This document shows positions 22,853 to 35,765 of a stretch of DNA of 64,000 nt, piece by piece (position 1 is the first letter of the stretch; each line of letters opens with the position of its first letter). This DNA is from an uncultured Gemmataceae bacterium (GTDB taxonomy: Bacteria; Planctomycetota; Planctomycetia; Gemmatales; Gemmataceae). Both the position numbers and the translations under genes were made by a program. The stretch covers positions 1 through 64,000 of the forward strand of contig CAVVPN010000012.1 in NCBI GenBank assembly GCA_963750165.1, in the 5' to 3' direction. Below the pieces are notes generated by a model. The model saw only the letters and a program-made list of their open reading frames with translations. It was not told the origin of the DNA and made no database searches.

Positions 22853-23057
22853 CCACCACCTCACTGCAACGCACGGGACAACGGGTTGAGTTCCTGCCCT
22901 TATGATCGAATGCCGGCCGCGCACGGCATGAGCGATTTTGCCGTTGACAACGGAAATGCGCTGTGAGTAAGCAATTTCGCCCCAGAGAACGCAGCGAGCG
23001 CAGAGAAAAGACCGAGAAATCGATCAACAGAGGACGCAGATGGAACACAGATTAAAG

Positions 23058-23150
23058 CTGCCCGTCACGGATGGTGGGGCGGGCAATCTCAACTGGGCCG
23101 ATCTTTACGCCGAAGGCGTAAAAACCCGCCCCACAATCCGTGATGGGCAG
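23058..23150. repeat. REP-like inverted repeat
   Basis: CTGCCCGTCACGGATGGTGGGGCGGG...CCCGCCCCACAATCCGTGATGGGCAG. A half copy lies at about 10723..10747. Confidence 0.7.
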
Positions 23151-23264
23151 TGATTGGTCTTGTCAGGGCCGCCGCGTTTGCCCTATAGTTTCCGGCCTAC
23201 CACCGCGCACCGCGCCGGCAGGCAGTCGGCGGTAAAGGTGGGCACCTCACGGAAGAGACAGAAC

Positions 23265-24515
23265 ATGCGGCGACTGTGGCCCTTTCGCGGCGCCAAAAGC
23301 TGGGTCGTGCTCGGCCTGCTGGTCCTGCTGGCGGCCGGCGTCTGGTGGTATCGCACCCCCCTGTTGACATGGTATCACCTCCGCGGCCTGGCCGGCGCCA
23401 GCGACGACGACCGCCAGGTCTGGGCCGAGGCTGTCGCCGCGCTCGACACCGACGTGACAGCGGGGCTGCTTGAGATGCTCAGGCGCGACGACCCCCGCAC
23501 CTGCGCCAACGCCGAGGCGGCCCTGGCGGCGCTGCTGCGGCGCTGGGGACCGGACGACCCGCGCGGCCCGGAACTGGTTCGCCACATTCGGCAGGAGTTC
23601 GGCTCGCTGAGCCTGGCCGGGAAAGAAGCCGTGCTGGAACTGACGCTGGCCCGGCTGCGCCCCGAGACCGGCTGGCCAGTGGAGGCGTTCGTGAAGGCGG
23701 CGAGCGCCCTGCTGGAGGAGGCCGCCCGGCCGGCCCACGCCAGCGCCCGCGGCCGCGCCCTGGCGCTGGCGGAAGTGCTCGCCGAGGTGACGGCGGGCAA
23801 GCCGGCGCTGGAGTCGGCTGATCTGGTGAACGCTTACCGCAGCCTGGTCCGCGCCGGCCTGGCCGACCACCACCCAGACACGCGCATCCGCGCCATCCAC
23901 CTGACGCTGCACGAAACCCTGCAGCGCGAGGCCGACCTGCTGCAACCGCTGGTGCCGCTGCTGCGCGACAGCGAGTCGAAGGTGCGCCGCGCCGCGCTGC
24001 TGGCCCTGAGCATGGCCGTCACCGTGGCCACGGAGGAGGAGTTGATGCCGCTGCTGCACGACAGCGACGCCGACGTGCGCCGACTGTGCGTCAACGCCCT
24101 GCGTTACCGCAAGTTGACCGACCCGCAGATCGAGTTGGCCCGCCTCTTCAGCCACCCGGAGCCGACCGCCCGGCTCGACGTGTTCGACAAGCTGGCGGAA
24201 ACAGACGACGTGGAACCCGGCGTCTGGCTGCGGCGGCTGAGCCAGGATCCGGTCAGCGCCGTCCGCGCCACCGCCGCCCGCGCCGCCGCCGAGCAAGCGC
24301 GCGTCGATCTGAGCGACCGGCTGCGGCAGATGTCGCTGGAAGACCGTAGCCCCACCGTCCGCCAGCTGACCGCGTATTACCTGCGCCTGCGCCAGCGGCG
24401 CTCAGCGCCCCGGCGCATTGGGGTGCAGGACGACACCGCGCCAGGGGCCTTATTCCTGTCGGCCCCTGGCGCGAGTGCCTGTCTGGTCTGCCCGTCCCAC
24501 AACCGCACGTCCTGA
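23265..24515 (+). CDS. Membrane-anchored HEAT repeat protein
   Basis: N-terminal TM; repeats LADHHPDTRIRA, LLRDSESKVRRAA, LLHDSDADVRR, DPVSAVRATAA. Confidence 0.8.
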   Translation: MRRLWPFRGAKSWVVLGLLVLLAAGVWWYRTPLLTWYHLRGLAGASDDDRQVWAEAVAALDTDVTAGLLEMLRRDDPRTCANAEAALAALLRRWGPDDPRGPELVRHIRQEFGSLSLAGKEAVLELTLARLRPETGWPVEAFVKAASALLEEAARPAHASARGRALALAEVLAEVTAGKPALESADLVNAYRSLVRAGLADHHPDTRIRAIHLTLHETLQREADLLQPLVPLLRDSESKVRRAALLALSMAVTVATEEELMPLLHDSDADVRRLCVNALRYRKLTDPQIELARLFSHPEPTARLDVFDKLAETDDVEPGVWLRRLSQDPVSAVRATAARAAAEQARVDLSDRLRQMSLEDRSPTVRQLTAYYLRLRQRRSAPRRIGVQDDTAPGALFLSAPGASACLVCPSHNRTS

Positions 24516-24687
24516 ACAATCGGTCCTCCGAAAAAAATTAATCCCTTTTTGATTGAATCAGCGCTTGAATCGGCTTACCATCCTATCCACAAGAATCGGG
24601 GTTTGCTTGTATTGACGGTTGGGCTTTTTCCCCGGTCGGCCGGGTCAGCCTTGGCAAACTCCCTCATCCCCTTTCGAGGATCCTATC

Positions 24688-25962
24688 ATGCGCCCCACGA
24701 TCGCCCAACGCCCGCTCAAGGTGATTATTTACATTCAATGCGACGCCACTCGCAACCGTTGTCTGCAACAACTTGGGGAACTGCAAGCGGGAACCCAGCT
24801 GGCAACCCAGTTGGCCCGCTACGCCCTGGAGTGGGTGAAGTGCAACAACGAGGAAGAAGTCGTCGCCACGCTGCGTGCGCATTTCGGCGCGTCCCCGAGC
24901 AACGCCGCCCTGCTCCTCTCGGACCAGTTGGTCGAGACCTTCGGGCAGTTCCCCGAGGAAAGGTACGTGCTGAAAAGTTGGCTGAAAGCGAACGTCCTCG
25001 ACGAGTTTGAGGGCCGGTTACTCGGGACAGTGGCCATCATGCCCAGAAACGTGCGCGTGCCCGACATCGACCGCGTCCTGTGGAAGACGTTCGACGCCAC
25101 GGCTCTCCTGGAGGTGTTGAGCCTGCTCGCCAGCAAATTGACGTACCTCGCCCCGCCCGAACGCAGTGCGGCTTCCGTGGGGCTCGGCCCTGTCGTGGTG
25201 CGGCCGATCACCAGAAAAGAAGAATTGGTGGATTACTTCAAACTGCGTCACCGGATCTATCGCGTCATGGGCTACCTGGAGCCACGGGTGGATCTCGCCT
25301 CTTCCAAAATGGAGATTGACGAGGGGGACACGCACGCCCTTCACTTCGGCGCCTTTGTGAGAGAAGGGGTCCGGGACCGGCTGGTCGGCACGGCGCGCGT
25401 CGTGTGCCTGGAACTGGAGGAAGATGAAAACGCGCGGTGGACCCGCTCGCTGGCCAAGGCCGACACGGCTCTGGGGTGGTCCACGGGACTCCACCTCCAG
25501 CTGCGCCTACCGATTTTTCAATCGATGATAGGCCTGGACGATCGCCTGATTCAAGTCCTTACCGAGGAGCAAAACTGCGGCGAACTGAGTCGGGTCATCG
25601 TGGCGGAGGATTACCGCGGACTCGGCCTGTCCGAACTGCTGGTCTGGTTCGCGTTACTCCAGGCCGACCGCAAAAAAGTGAATCGACTCCTGCTGGAGTG
25701 CTTGCCGGTTCACGAGCGCCTCTATCGCAAATTCGGCTTCCAAGTCTTACCCGGGGTGCAGGGCCAGGTGACGGGGGTCGGCAAGACCATGATCGCGATG
25801 GAACTCGAGCAAGGCACCCTGGAGCAATTTCGCGGGCAGCCGCCCGCGATCCGTTTTGCGCAAGTGCTGCGCCAACGGGGGCAGTTGCTGAGCTGCTTCA
25901 CGCCCGCCTGTGGCAGCGCGGAGTGCGAGTTGTACGTGAACGGCCGGTGCGCCGTGCGCTGA
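24688..25962 (+). CDS. Receiver-like domain fused to a GNAT acyltransferase (LuxI/FeeM-like)
   Basis: C-half: YFKLRHRIYRVMGY, EIDEGD, LVGTARVV, GELSRVIVAEDYRGLGLS, LYRKFGF. N-half has a REC-like beta/alpha pattern (LLLSD; RVLWKTFD). Confidence 0.7.
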   Translation: MRPTIAQRPLKVIIYIQCDATRNRCLQQLGELQAGTQLATQLARYALEWVKCNNEEEVVATLRAHFGASPSNAALLLSDQLVETFGQFPEERYVLKSWLKANVLDEFEGRLLGTVAIMPRNVRVPDIDRVLWKTFDATALLEVLSLLASKLTYLAPPERSAASVGLGPVVVRPITRKEELVDYFKLRHRIYRVMGYLEPRVDLASSKMEIDEGDTHALHFGAFVREGVRDRLVGTARVVCLELEEDENARWTRSLAKADTALGWSTGLHLQLRLPIFQSMIGLDDRLIQVLTEEQNCGELSRVIVAEDYRGLGLSELLVWFALLQADRKKVNRLLLECLPVHERLYRKFGFQVLPGVQGQVTGVGKTMIAMELEQGTLEQFRGQPPAIRFAQVLRQRGQLLSCFTPACGSAECELYVNGRCAVR

Positions 25963-26029
25963 GGAGTACCCGCGGAGCAGTTCGGTCCAGACCGCGCGGC
26001 GTCTCCGCAACAACGTCTTGGGATCCGCC

Positions 26030-27438
26030 ATGTTCAACGCCGTCATCGAAAAAATCGTGTGGCCCCTGCTGGGCGTCGGGGTGGTCGTCCTTGGGTGCTT
26101 TGTCATTGCTTTTCACAATGAACACCAATCCCCGTACCCTTACCTGCTCATCGCCCTGGGTTTGGTGATGGTGTCCTTTGAAAAGGCACGCACGGTGGCC
26201 GATTTCGCCGTCGCCGCCTGGAACCAACTCCGGCATCCCGGGCCGACCCCCCGGCCGCACAACGTGACCGACAGTCAAGTCCTCAGTCAGGGGGTGCTTT
26301 GTGAAACCGAGGCGCCGCCGGCCGCTGACGAATGGAATCGTTTTCTCCGGCCGGTGCTCTACCAGGCCTCGCATTACGCCACTCCCACGTACTACCTCAA
26401 CATGAAACTGCAAATCCTCGACTGGAATGTCGCCTTTGAGTTGCTGTTTCATGCGATTCTGGGAAAAATCCGCAACCGACACGTCAACTACTTTATCAAC
26501 GAACTGGAAAACAAAACCGATGTCTTCGACCACGCCCGCGATTTCTCGGAACGGGTCCGCAAGGGGTTCCTGGCGATGGCGGATACCGAACCGCTGGTGT
26601 GGCGCTCGGAGAAATACGGTCTCGTCACGTTCCTCAAGGTGGCGGTGCTGCTCAGCGACGCCCGGGGCGAACCGCAAGGTTGGTCGGTGGCACTGCTGCC
26701 CAGCAACATTGACTGGAAGCCGTTTGGCGACGACCTGTTCGCCAAGGTTCGGGAAGACAAGCTCTGGAGCCTCTACGCCAGTTCGTATGATCGAGTGCTC
26801 CTGCAATTCCCCCCCTACCTGAAATTGATCGAGGACGTGATTGCCGCGGTGCCGGCGACTGGGCGGGCGGTTCTCGACCTGGCGCAGGGACCGGGAACGT
26901 GACCGCCGCCTTGCTGAAGCGGGGCCACCGCGTGACCGTGGTGGAAAACAACCTGACCATGCTCGAAAAACTGCGCGAACGACGCTTCGACCCCCTGGCC
27001 GTTGAGATCGTCAAGGCGTCCGTGGAAATCCTCGATTCTCTGAACCCAAAGCTCCGGGGCACCTTTGATGCGGCGGTCATGGTCAACGTGCTGTACGCGG
27101 TGGACGCACCGCTCAGTTGTTTGCAAGGCGTCCATCACATGCTCAAGCCGGGCGGGGTGTTGGCTTTCTCGACCACCCATCAAACGACCGACCTCGAACC
27201 CCTGCTCGGTGCCATCAAAAAGCAACTGGAAACGATCGGCAAATTCGATTCCCTGGCCAACGACTATGAGCGACTTTGTGAGGCGAACCGGGACATTCAA
27301 AAGACCATCGCCTGCCGGTATTCCACCGACCAGTATCGCGAATGGGTAAAGCTCGCCGGGTTCCAGATCATCAAAGACGAGCCCTCCACCTACGTGGACG
27401 CCGTCATGCTCATCCACGCCCTGAAAGTCAGGGACTGA
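26030..27438 (+). CDS. Two-TM + PAS-like + class I SAM methyltransferase; single-base frameshift near 26881
   Basis: Adding one G at CTGGC restores VLDLGAGTGNV. Later FDAAVMVNVLY and LKPGGVL. PAS-like PTYYLN...ILDWNVAFELLF...DARGEPQGW. Confidence 0.75.
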
Positions 27439-27746
27439 AGCGTTGTGAGTCTGTGGCAGACGGCCGTCGTCCGGCAGGCTGGACCGACGTCTGAACGGCA
27501 AGCCCTGGCGGTGGGGTTGGGGCCGCGGAAAACGCTGAGCCGCGCCGCTTTCGGTAATGGAAGCGGCGCGGCTCAGTGGAGGTATGGCCTACTTTTTATC
27601 AATACTGGTCGGTTCAGCCTTGGCCGCTGCGGCAGCGGCCTTCAGAGCTAACCGGGCCTGTTCGCGCCTGTGACGGATCTTGCGCTGTTTGAAACGAGTG
27701 CCGGATCGGTTGTATCCCATGAGTCGGCTCCGTGACCTCTCCGGGA

Positions 27747-28133
27747 TTAGTAGCGCCGGCCGCCGCCGCCGCCACCGTAACCGCCGCCACCGCCACCCCC
27801 ACGGCCGCCGTAGCCGCCGCCACCGCCGCCGTAGCCGCCGCCGCCGCCCCGCGGGCCGCCGCGACCGCCACCACCACCGCCGCCCTCCTTGGGCCGGGCC
27901 TCGTTGACCGTCAACGGTCGGCCTTCCACTTCCTTGCCGTTCATGGCCTGGATGGCCGCCTGGGCTTCCGAGTCGGAGCCCATTTCCACGAAGCCGAAGC
28001 CCTTGGAACGGCCGGTGTCACGGTCCATGATGACCTGTGCGGACTGCACGGACCCGAACTCCTCGAACATCTGCTGCAACGTACCGTCGGTGATGCCGTA
28101 GGACAGATTGCCCACGTACAACTTCTTGCCCAT
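27747..28133 (-). CDS. RRM RNA-binding protein with a Gly-rich tail
   Basis: KLYVGNL (RNP2), SKGFGFVEM (RNP1), VNEARPK, GGY repeats. Confidence 0.95.
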   Translation of the reverse strand: MGKKLYVGNLSYGITDGTLQQMFEEFGSVQSAQVIMDRDTGRSKGFGFVEMGSDSEAQAAIQAMNGKEVEGRPLTVNEARPKEGGGGGGGRGGPRGGGGGYGGGGGGYGGRGGGGGGGYGGGGGGRRY

Positions 28134-28369
28134 GAAGGGCCTCCTCTAAGAAAACGCCAGGACCAACCGCCACCACCACTCGGCCACGGCTTGGGCTGGC
28201 GAACTGCGCGGACGAACTATCGGGACAAGAGGAGGGTAATGGTGGGATGGTGCAAACGACATCACAGCCACGGCCCCGATCCAGACCCAATTCAAACAAC
28301 ACTATACACTGCCGCCCGACAGAAAAATAGGGCTTGCGGAAACATTTTTCAGCGATCCCGAAAACGGAC

Positions 28370-29694
28370 TCAGCCACCGGCTGCCAGCGCCGCGCACACG
28401 ATTTCTTCGTCGTTGCGTACGAAGACGCAGCGCTGCGCGAAGGCCGGATGCGACAGCACGACCGTGCGGCCGCGGGCGGTCTGCGATGGCTTCACCAAAT
28501 TGGCGCGGTCGATCTCCTCATAGCCCTGCGGCGTCAACCGGGCAATGAGCAGGTCGCCCTGGTCGGTGAAGCCGAAGTAGCGGCCCTGGTTTTCCACGAA
28601 AAACACCGTGCCGCAAAAGGCCCGCTGGCCGCCGACCGCCTGGAACGTCTCCCACACCCGCGCTCCTGTTCGCGCCTTCAGACAGCGCAATTCTCCCATG
28701 CCGTCCAGGCCGTAGAGGTGGCCGTCGCGCAGCACCGGGTTGGCCATCACCACATGCACCGTGTCGGTCTTGCTGGGGTTGTTGCTCTTGCTGCGCCAGA
28801 AGACCTTCGCTGCTGGTTTGCCCGCGTCCAGGGCGATCATCAGCGAACCGTGGTAGTACGAACTGACGAACAGCTTGTCCTTGCCGACCAGCAGCGGTGT
28901 CATGATGTTGACCGCCGGCCGCTGCGGTTTGCCATCTTCCGGATAGGGAATGGACCAGAAGACCTTGCCCGTGTTCGGGTCGAGACTGTTGACGGACTCG
29001 CTCAGCCAGACGATGACCTGCCGGGTGCCGCCCGCCTCGATCAGCGTCGGCGGCGCACAGGCGATCTCCTCGGTGGAGAGCACCGCCACAACTCCCTGCC
29101 GGTGCCGGCGTCGAAGGCGACGGCGCCGCAACCGTTGGTGCCGACGGTGCAGATCAGTTTGTCGCCGACCAGCAGCGGGTGCGCCGACCAGCCCCAGAGC
29201 GGCACCGGGGCCTTGAGGTCCTTGACGAAGTTGCGGTGCCAGAGCGGCTTGCCCGTCGCGGCGTCCAGGCAAAACAGGTCGCCCATCGTGCCGAGCATGT
29301 AGACCTTGCCGCCGTGGATCAGTGGCGTTGTGCGCGGCCCGGTCGGGAAGCCGATCTTGCCGTAGGTGCAGGCGTATTCGTGCTTCCACACCAGGGCGCC
29401 GTCGGCGGCGTTCAGGCACAGGACACGCTCCGTGCCCGCGCCCAGCTTCTGGCGGTCCATGACGTAGACGCGGCCGCCGGCCACCGCCGGGCCGCTGTAG
29501 CCCTGGCCGATGGGTTTGCGCCAGAGAATTTTGGGACCGCCGGCGGGGAATTTGTCGAGGATGCCCTTTTCGCGCCAGACGCCGTCGCGCTGCGGACCGA
29601 GCCACTGCGGCCAGTCGTCGGCCGCCGCCGGGCCGGCCGCCGCCAGCACGATGCACACCCCCAGGAGCCACGGGAACGGTTTTCGCCAGCACAT
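28370..29694 (-). CDS. PQQ-like beta-propeller repeat protein; frameshift near 29085
   Basis: DDWPQWLGPQRDG, GYSGPAVAGGRVY, SHPAFAQRCVFVRND. Confidence 0.88.
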
Positions 29695-29816
29695 GATTCG
29701 GCCCTCGGAATTGCAAGAAATCAACCGGGCCATTATGCGCGACGTCGGCCGCCCCACAACGGGATTGGGACGAAGTGCGACGGCGGACGGGCGAATGGGA
29801 TTCCGGCGTGAGCGGC

Positions 29817-30878
29817 TCACGGCCCGGCAGTCGCTGGCTCGTCGTGCCGTTCGATGCCTGGGATTTGCAGGATGAAGTCCGGCCCGAACGCCTGCGCCGG
29901 TGTGTGAAAGCCCACCGGTGCCTCGCCAGCCAGGACGCGCTCGACGACGGCCACCGCCGTCAGCGCCGTCAGCGTGTAGCCCTCCGGCCCGCGCAGCCGC
30001 GACACCACCGATCGATCAGCGTCGTCGTGGGCCTCGCCCCAGAGCAGGCTGCGGCCGCGGGCACGCTCCTCGTCGGTAGGGCCGGGCGGGCCAGCCTGGA
30101 TGCGCCGTTTCAGGAACTGCTGCGCCCGCGGCGAGCCCAGCAGCGGCCCGAACAGACGCAGCAGCAAGGTCACGAGCCGCGCGGTCGGCGGCACCGCCAT
30201 GTAGACTTCGATGTTGGGGATCCCGGTGCTGTGGTACGCGGTGGACACGTCGCCCCAGGGGATGGTCATGGCGGTGGTGCGACCGGCGCCGAAGTCAATG
30301 CTGCGGAAACGCCAGCCCGCTGGCACCCGCACCAGCTTGCCGTCACGGCGGATCAGGCCGCCCCGGTTAACGTGCTCGACGGTTGTGTTCGCCGTGCCGC
30401 GCGATACTTTTCCAGTCACCTGAAAGCCCAGCGCCAGATGCGTCGCCGTCGGCAGCCGCTCTTTCAGGTGAGCGGCCAGGCAGTCCGATGGCACCACGTC
30501 GAAACCGACGCCTGGCATCAGCAGCACGCCTGCTTCGCGGGCCGCCGCGTCGCGTCGCGCCAGCGCCTCGAAGACTGCGATCTCGCCGGTGATGTCGAGG
30601 TAATGCGCCCGCGCCCGCAGACAGGCACGGCTCATGGCGGCGAAGGTGTGCGCGAACGGGCCGGCGCAGTGCAGCACGAGGCCCACGCCCTCCAGGTGGC
30701 GGGCGACCGTGGCGGCTTCCAGCGCGAAGACGCGGTGCGCGCAGCCGGTGGTGGCGGCGAGCGCGGCGAGTTGCTCGGCGTTGCGGCCGGCGAGGATCGG
30801 CCGCAGACCGCGCTCGCGCGCCCGCTGGACGATCAGCCGGCCGCTGTAGCCGTTGGCGCCGTAGATAAGCCAGTCCAT
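29817..30878 (-). CDS. Saccharopine dehydrogenase-like NAD(P)-binding oxidoreductase
   Basis: IYGANGYSG, LAGRN, HCAGPF, YLDITGE, GFDVVPSD. Confidence 0.88.
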   Translation of the reverse strand: MDWLIYGANGYSGRLIVQRARERGLRPILAGRNAEQLAALAATTGCAHRVFALEAATVARHLEGVGLVLHCAGPFAHTFAAMSRACLRARAHYLDITGEIAVFEALARRDAAAREAGVLLMPGVGFDVVPSDCLAAHLKERLPTATHLALGFQVTGKVSRGTANTTVEHVNRGGLIRRDGKLVRVPAGWRFRSIDFGAGRTTAMTIPWGDVSTAYHSTGIPNIEVYMAVPPTARLVTLLLRLFGPLLGSPRAQQFLKRRIQAGPPGPTDEERARGRSLLWGEAHDDADRSVVSRLRGPEGYTLTALTAVAVVERVLAGEAPVGFHTPAQAFGPDFILQIPGIERHDEPATAGP

Positions 30879-30898
30879 ACGCGGGGCCCTTGTCCTGA

Positions 30899-30948
30899 TC
30901 CGAGCCCGAGCGCCAGCGAGGGGCCGCTCGCTGGCGCTCGGGCTCGGA
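30899..30948. repeat. REP-like palindrome (CCCGAGCGCCAGCGAG family)
   Basis: Near-perfect hairpin. A second family member lies at about 41649..41701. Confidence 0.75.
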
Positions 30949-31014
30949 CCCATCGTATTCCCTGTAGAATGAAGAAATCCGGTGTTTTCGCCGCAACTTA
31001 CAGGAACCACACAC

Positions 31015-31341
31015 ATGGCCGAAAAGGAACCGCCCAATCCGTTCTATTTCCTGCTCATGGTCGCCGGTGTGCTGTTCGCGCTGACGGCGACGGCTTACGC
31101 GATCATACCGTACATGGAGGAAAAAGCGACCGAGGCGGGCAACCCGCCGCCGCCGAATCCCGTGCGCGACGCCCTGCGCACGGACGGGTGGCAGTGGTTG
31201 CTCTGGCTCGTCCTGGCGGTGGTCGTCTTCGGCCTGCTGAGCATGGGCCTGGATCGCCTACGGCGCTTGCAAAAGGAGCGCGCGGAGGCCAAAATCCCAC
31301 CAGTCGAAGAAAAAGTCACGCCCCCCAACCCGCAGGAGTGA
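31015..31341 (+). CDS. Small two-TM membrane protein
   Basis: NPFYFLLMVAGVLFALTA and WLLWLVLAVVVFGLLSMG. Confidence 0.7.
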   Translation: MAEKEPPNPFYFLLMVAGVLFALTATAYAIIPYMEEKATEAGNPPPPNPVRDALRTDGWQWLLWLVLAVVVFGLLSMGLDRLRRLQKERAEAKIPPVEEKVTPPNPQE

Positions 31342-33348
<2,007 letters not shown>

Positions 33349-33399
33349 GCCGGTCTTTGCTGCCGCTGGCGGCTTATTCCCCGGCGGGTAACCTCGTCC

Positions 33400-33472
33400 C
33401 GTGGCACGGCTCTCCCGAGCCGTGTTGCCGCAGCATTCGGCTTGCGACACGGCTCGGGAGAGCCGCGCCACG
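33400..33472. repeat. REP doublet (GGCTCTCC.GAGCCG family)
   Basis: GTGGCACGGCTCTCCCGAGCCGTG...ACGGCTCGGGAGAGCCGCGCCAC. Confidence 0.75.
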
Positions 33473-33661
33473 GGAGCATCTTGGCCGTTGGGGGAATAAC
33501 CTTCCCCACCCCTTCATCCCTCACCCCCTTTACCCCGTTTACCGCGCCGCAGACTGCGGTTGGTAGCCGCTACCGGTCGAGAGTATAACAGGGGCCGCCC
33601 ATCGCTGCGCCTCCACGGACGGGGCGCTCGCAACCGGGTGCAATTCAGGGAGGAGAACCCC

Positions 33662-35503
33662 ATGTGTGGCATTCTCGGCTACGTCGGCCCCCGCGAGGCG
33701 GAACCGATCCTGCTCGAAGGTCTGCGTCGCCTGGAGTACCGCGGCTACGACAGCGCCGGGATGGCAACGCTGACCGGTGATCGCTTGCACCTGCGCAGGC
33801 GCGCCGGCCGCGTCGCTGACCTGGGCCGTCTGCTGCAGGAGCGGCCCGCGCCCGGCTGTCACGGCATCAGCCACACCCGCTGGGCCACGCACGGCCCCGC
33901 CACCGACACCAATGCCCATCCCCACCTCAGCCAGGACGGCACCGTCGCCGTCGTCCACAACGGCGTCATCGAGAACTACAGCGCCCTGAAAAAACAGCTC
34001 CTCGCCGCGGGCGTCGTCTTCCAGAGCGACACCGACACCGAGGTCATCGCCCAGCTGATTGCCCGGCACCACGACGGCGACCTGGTGGACGCCGTGCGCC
34101 GTGTGCTGCCGATGCTCAAGGGCACCTACGGCCTGGCGGTCGTCAGCGCCCGCAATCCGGAACTGATCGTCGGCGCACGCCTGGGCAGTCCGCTGGTGCT
34201 CGGCCTGGGCGACTACGAGCACTACCTGGCCAGCGACCCCGGCGCCCTGGCCGGCAGCGCCGAGAAGGTGGTGTATTTGCAGGACCATCAGCTGTGCGTG
34301 CTGACGCCGGACACCTGGCACATCTACGACCAGGATCGGGCGCGCGTGACCGCGGCGGTGCAGTCGCTCAACCACCTCGTCAGCGGCGACGCCGACAAGG
34401 GCCCGTTCGAGCACCACATGCTCAAGGAGATTTACGAGCAGCCCGAGTCGCTGGAGAACGCCATGCGCGGCCGCCTCAGCGACGCCGACGCCAGCGCCCA
34501 CTTCGGCGGCCTCAACCTCGACACGCAGCAACTCCGCCGCGCCGAGCGCCTTATCCTCACCGGCTGCGGCACCAGCTACCACGCGGCCCTGGTCGGCGAA
34601 TACCTGATCGAGGAGTTCGCGCGGATGCCGGTGGAGGTGGAGTACGCCAGCGAGTTCCGCTACCGCAACCCGCCCATGGACCGCAACACCATCGTGCTGG
34701 CGATCACGCAGTCCGGCGAGACGGCGGACACGCTGGCCGCCCTGCGCGAGAGCAAGCGCAAGGGCCACCCGACGCTGGCGATTTGCAACGTGGTCGGCAG
34801 CAGCATCGCCCGCGAGGCCGACGGCGGCGTCTACCTGCACGCCGGCCCTGAGATCGGCGTCGCCAGCACCAAGGCGTTCACGTCGCAGGTGACGGTGCTG
34901 ACCATGCTGGCGCTATATCTGGGCCGCATGCGGCACCTGTCCAGCCTGCAGGGCACGCAGATGGTCCGCGACCTGCGCGCGCTGCCGGACGTGATCCGTC
35001 GCACGCTCCACTGCCACGACGACGTCCGCCACATCGCCGAGCGCTACGCCCACGCCGCCAACTTCCTGTACCTGGGCCGGCAGTATCTGTATCCGCTGGC
35101 GCTGGAGGGGGCGTTGAAGTTGAAGGAGATCAGCTATGTCCACGCGGAGGGTTACGCCGCCGCCGAGATGAAGCACGGCCCCATCGCCCTGGTTGATGAG
35201 CACACGCCGTCGCTGTTCCTGATCCCCAACGGCGGCGTCTCCGAGAAGGTGATGAGCAACCTGGAGGAGATCAAGGCCCGCGGCGGCCCGGTGATCGCCA
35301 TCGCCAGTGAGGCCGAGGGCGAGCTGCGCGAGCACCTGCTCGACCGGGCCGACGACGTGGTGTTCGTGCCGGCGGTGCCGGACTACTTGCAGCCGCTGGT
35401 AATGGCGGTGCCGCTGCAACTGCTGGCGTACCACATCGCGCTCTTGCGCGACTGCGACGTGGACAAGCCGCGCAACCTCGCCAAGAGCGTCACGGTGGAG
35501 TAA
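33662..35503 (+). CDS. glmS: Glutamine--fructose-6-phosphate aminotransferase
   Basis: MCGI, LEYRGYDSAG, HTRWATHG, QSGETADT, PRNLAKSVTVE. Confidence 0.97.
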   Translation: MCGILGYVGPREAEPILLEGLRRLEYRGYDSAGMATLTGDRLHLRRRAGRVADLGRLLQERPAPGCHGISHTRWATHGPATDTNAHPHLSQDGTVAVVHNGVIENYSALKKQLLAAGVVFQSDTDTEVIAQLIARHHDGDLVDAVRRVLPMLKGTYGLAVVSARNPELIVGARLGSPLVLGLGDYEHYLASDPGALAGSAEKVVYLQDHQLCVLTPDTWHIYDQDRARVTAAVQSLNHLVSGDADKGPFEHHMLKEIYEQPESLENAMRGRLSDADASAHFGGLNLDTQQLRRAERLILTGCGTSYHAALVGEYLIEEFARMPVEVEYASEFRYRNPPMDRNTIVLAITQSGETADTLAALRESKRKGHPTLAICNVVGSSIAREADGGVYLHAGPEIGVASTKAFTSQVTVLTMLALYLGRMRHLSSLQGTQMVRDLRALPDVIRRTLHCHDDVRHIAERYAHAANFLYLGRQYLYPLALEGALKLKEISYVHAEGYAAAEMKHGPIALVDEHTPSLFLIPNGGVSEKVMSNLEEIKARGGPVIAIASEAEGELREHLLDRADDVVFVPAVPDYLQPLVMAVPLQLLAYHIALLRDCDVDKPRNLAKSVTVE

Positions 35504-35697
35504 GCGCTGCCGGCTGACCACGCGAACCGCGTTTACGTTTCGCGCACTGGCAGTGCGCGAAACGTAAACAGGGGGCCGGGCTCCGCGTTCGGGTCGAAGG
35601 GCGGCTGTTCAAACGGGTTCATGCTTTTTCCGGATAGTGTTCGTTGTGGTGGCAGTACCGGATGCTCGATAACTGCGAATTAGAGCGGTTCGCAGTT

Positions 35698-35765
35698 GGG
35701 TGTAGCGGAAGTCGCCAGACTTCCGTCCGGTGCTGCTCGGAAGTCTGGCGACTTCCGCTACACCC
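35698..35765. repeat. REP doublet (GTAGCGGAAGTCGCCAGACTTCCG)
   Basis: Perfect inverted arms. Another hairpin at 35531..35569. Confidence 0.8.

Noticed and set aside
27747..27900. Tandem GCC repeats as a VNTR or regulatory repeat
   Set aside because: They encode the ordinary Gly-rich tail of the RRM protein.
33540..33661. glmS ribozyme upstream of glmS
   Set aside because: Only a loose GCGCC..GACT resemblance; the conserved AGCGCC and GACGAGG core is absent.
35503..35600. Tn7 insertion at attTn7 downstream of glmS
   Set aside because: No Tn7-like end at the expected distance and no tns genes.
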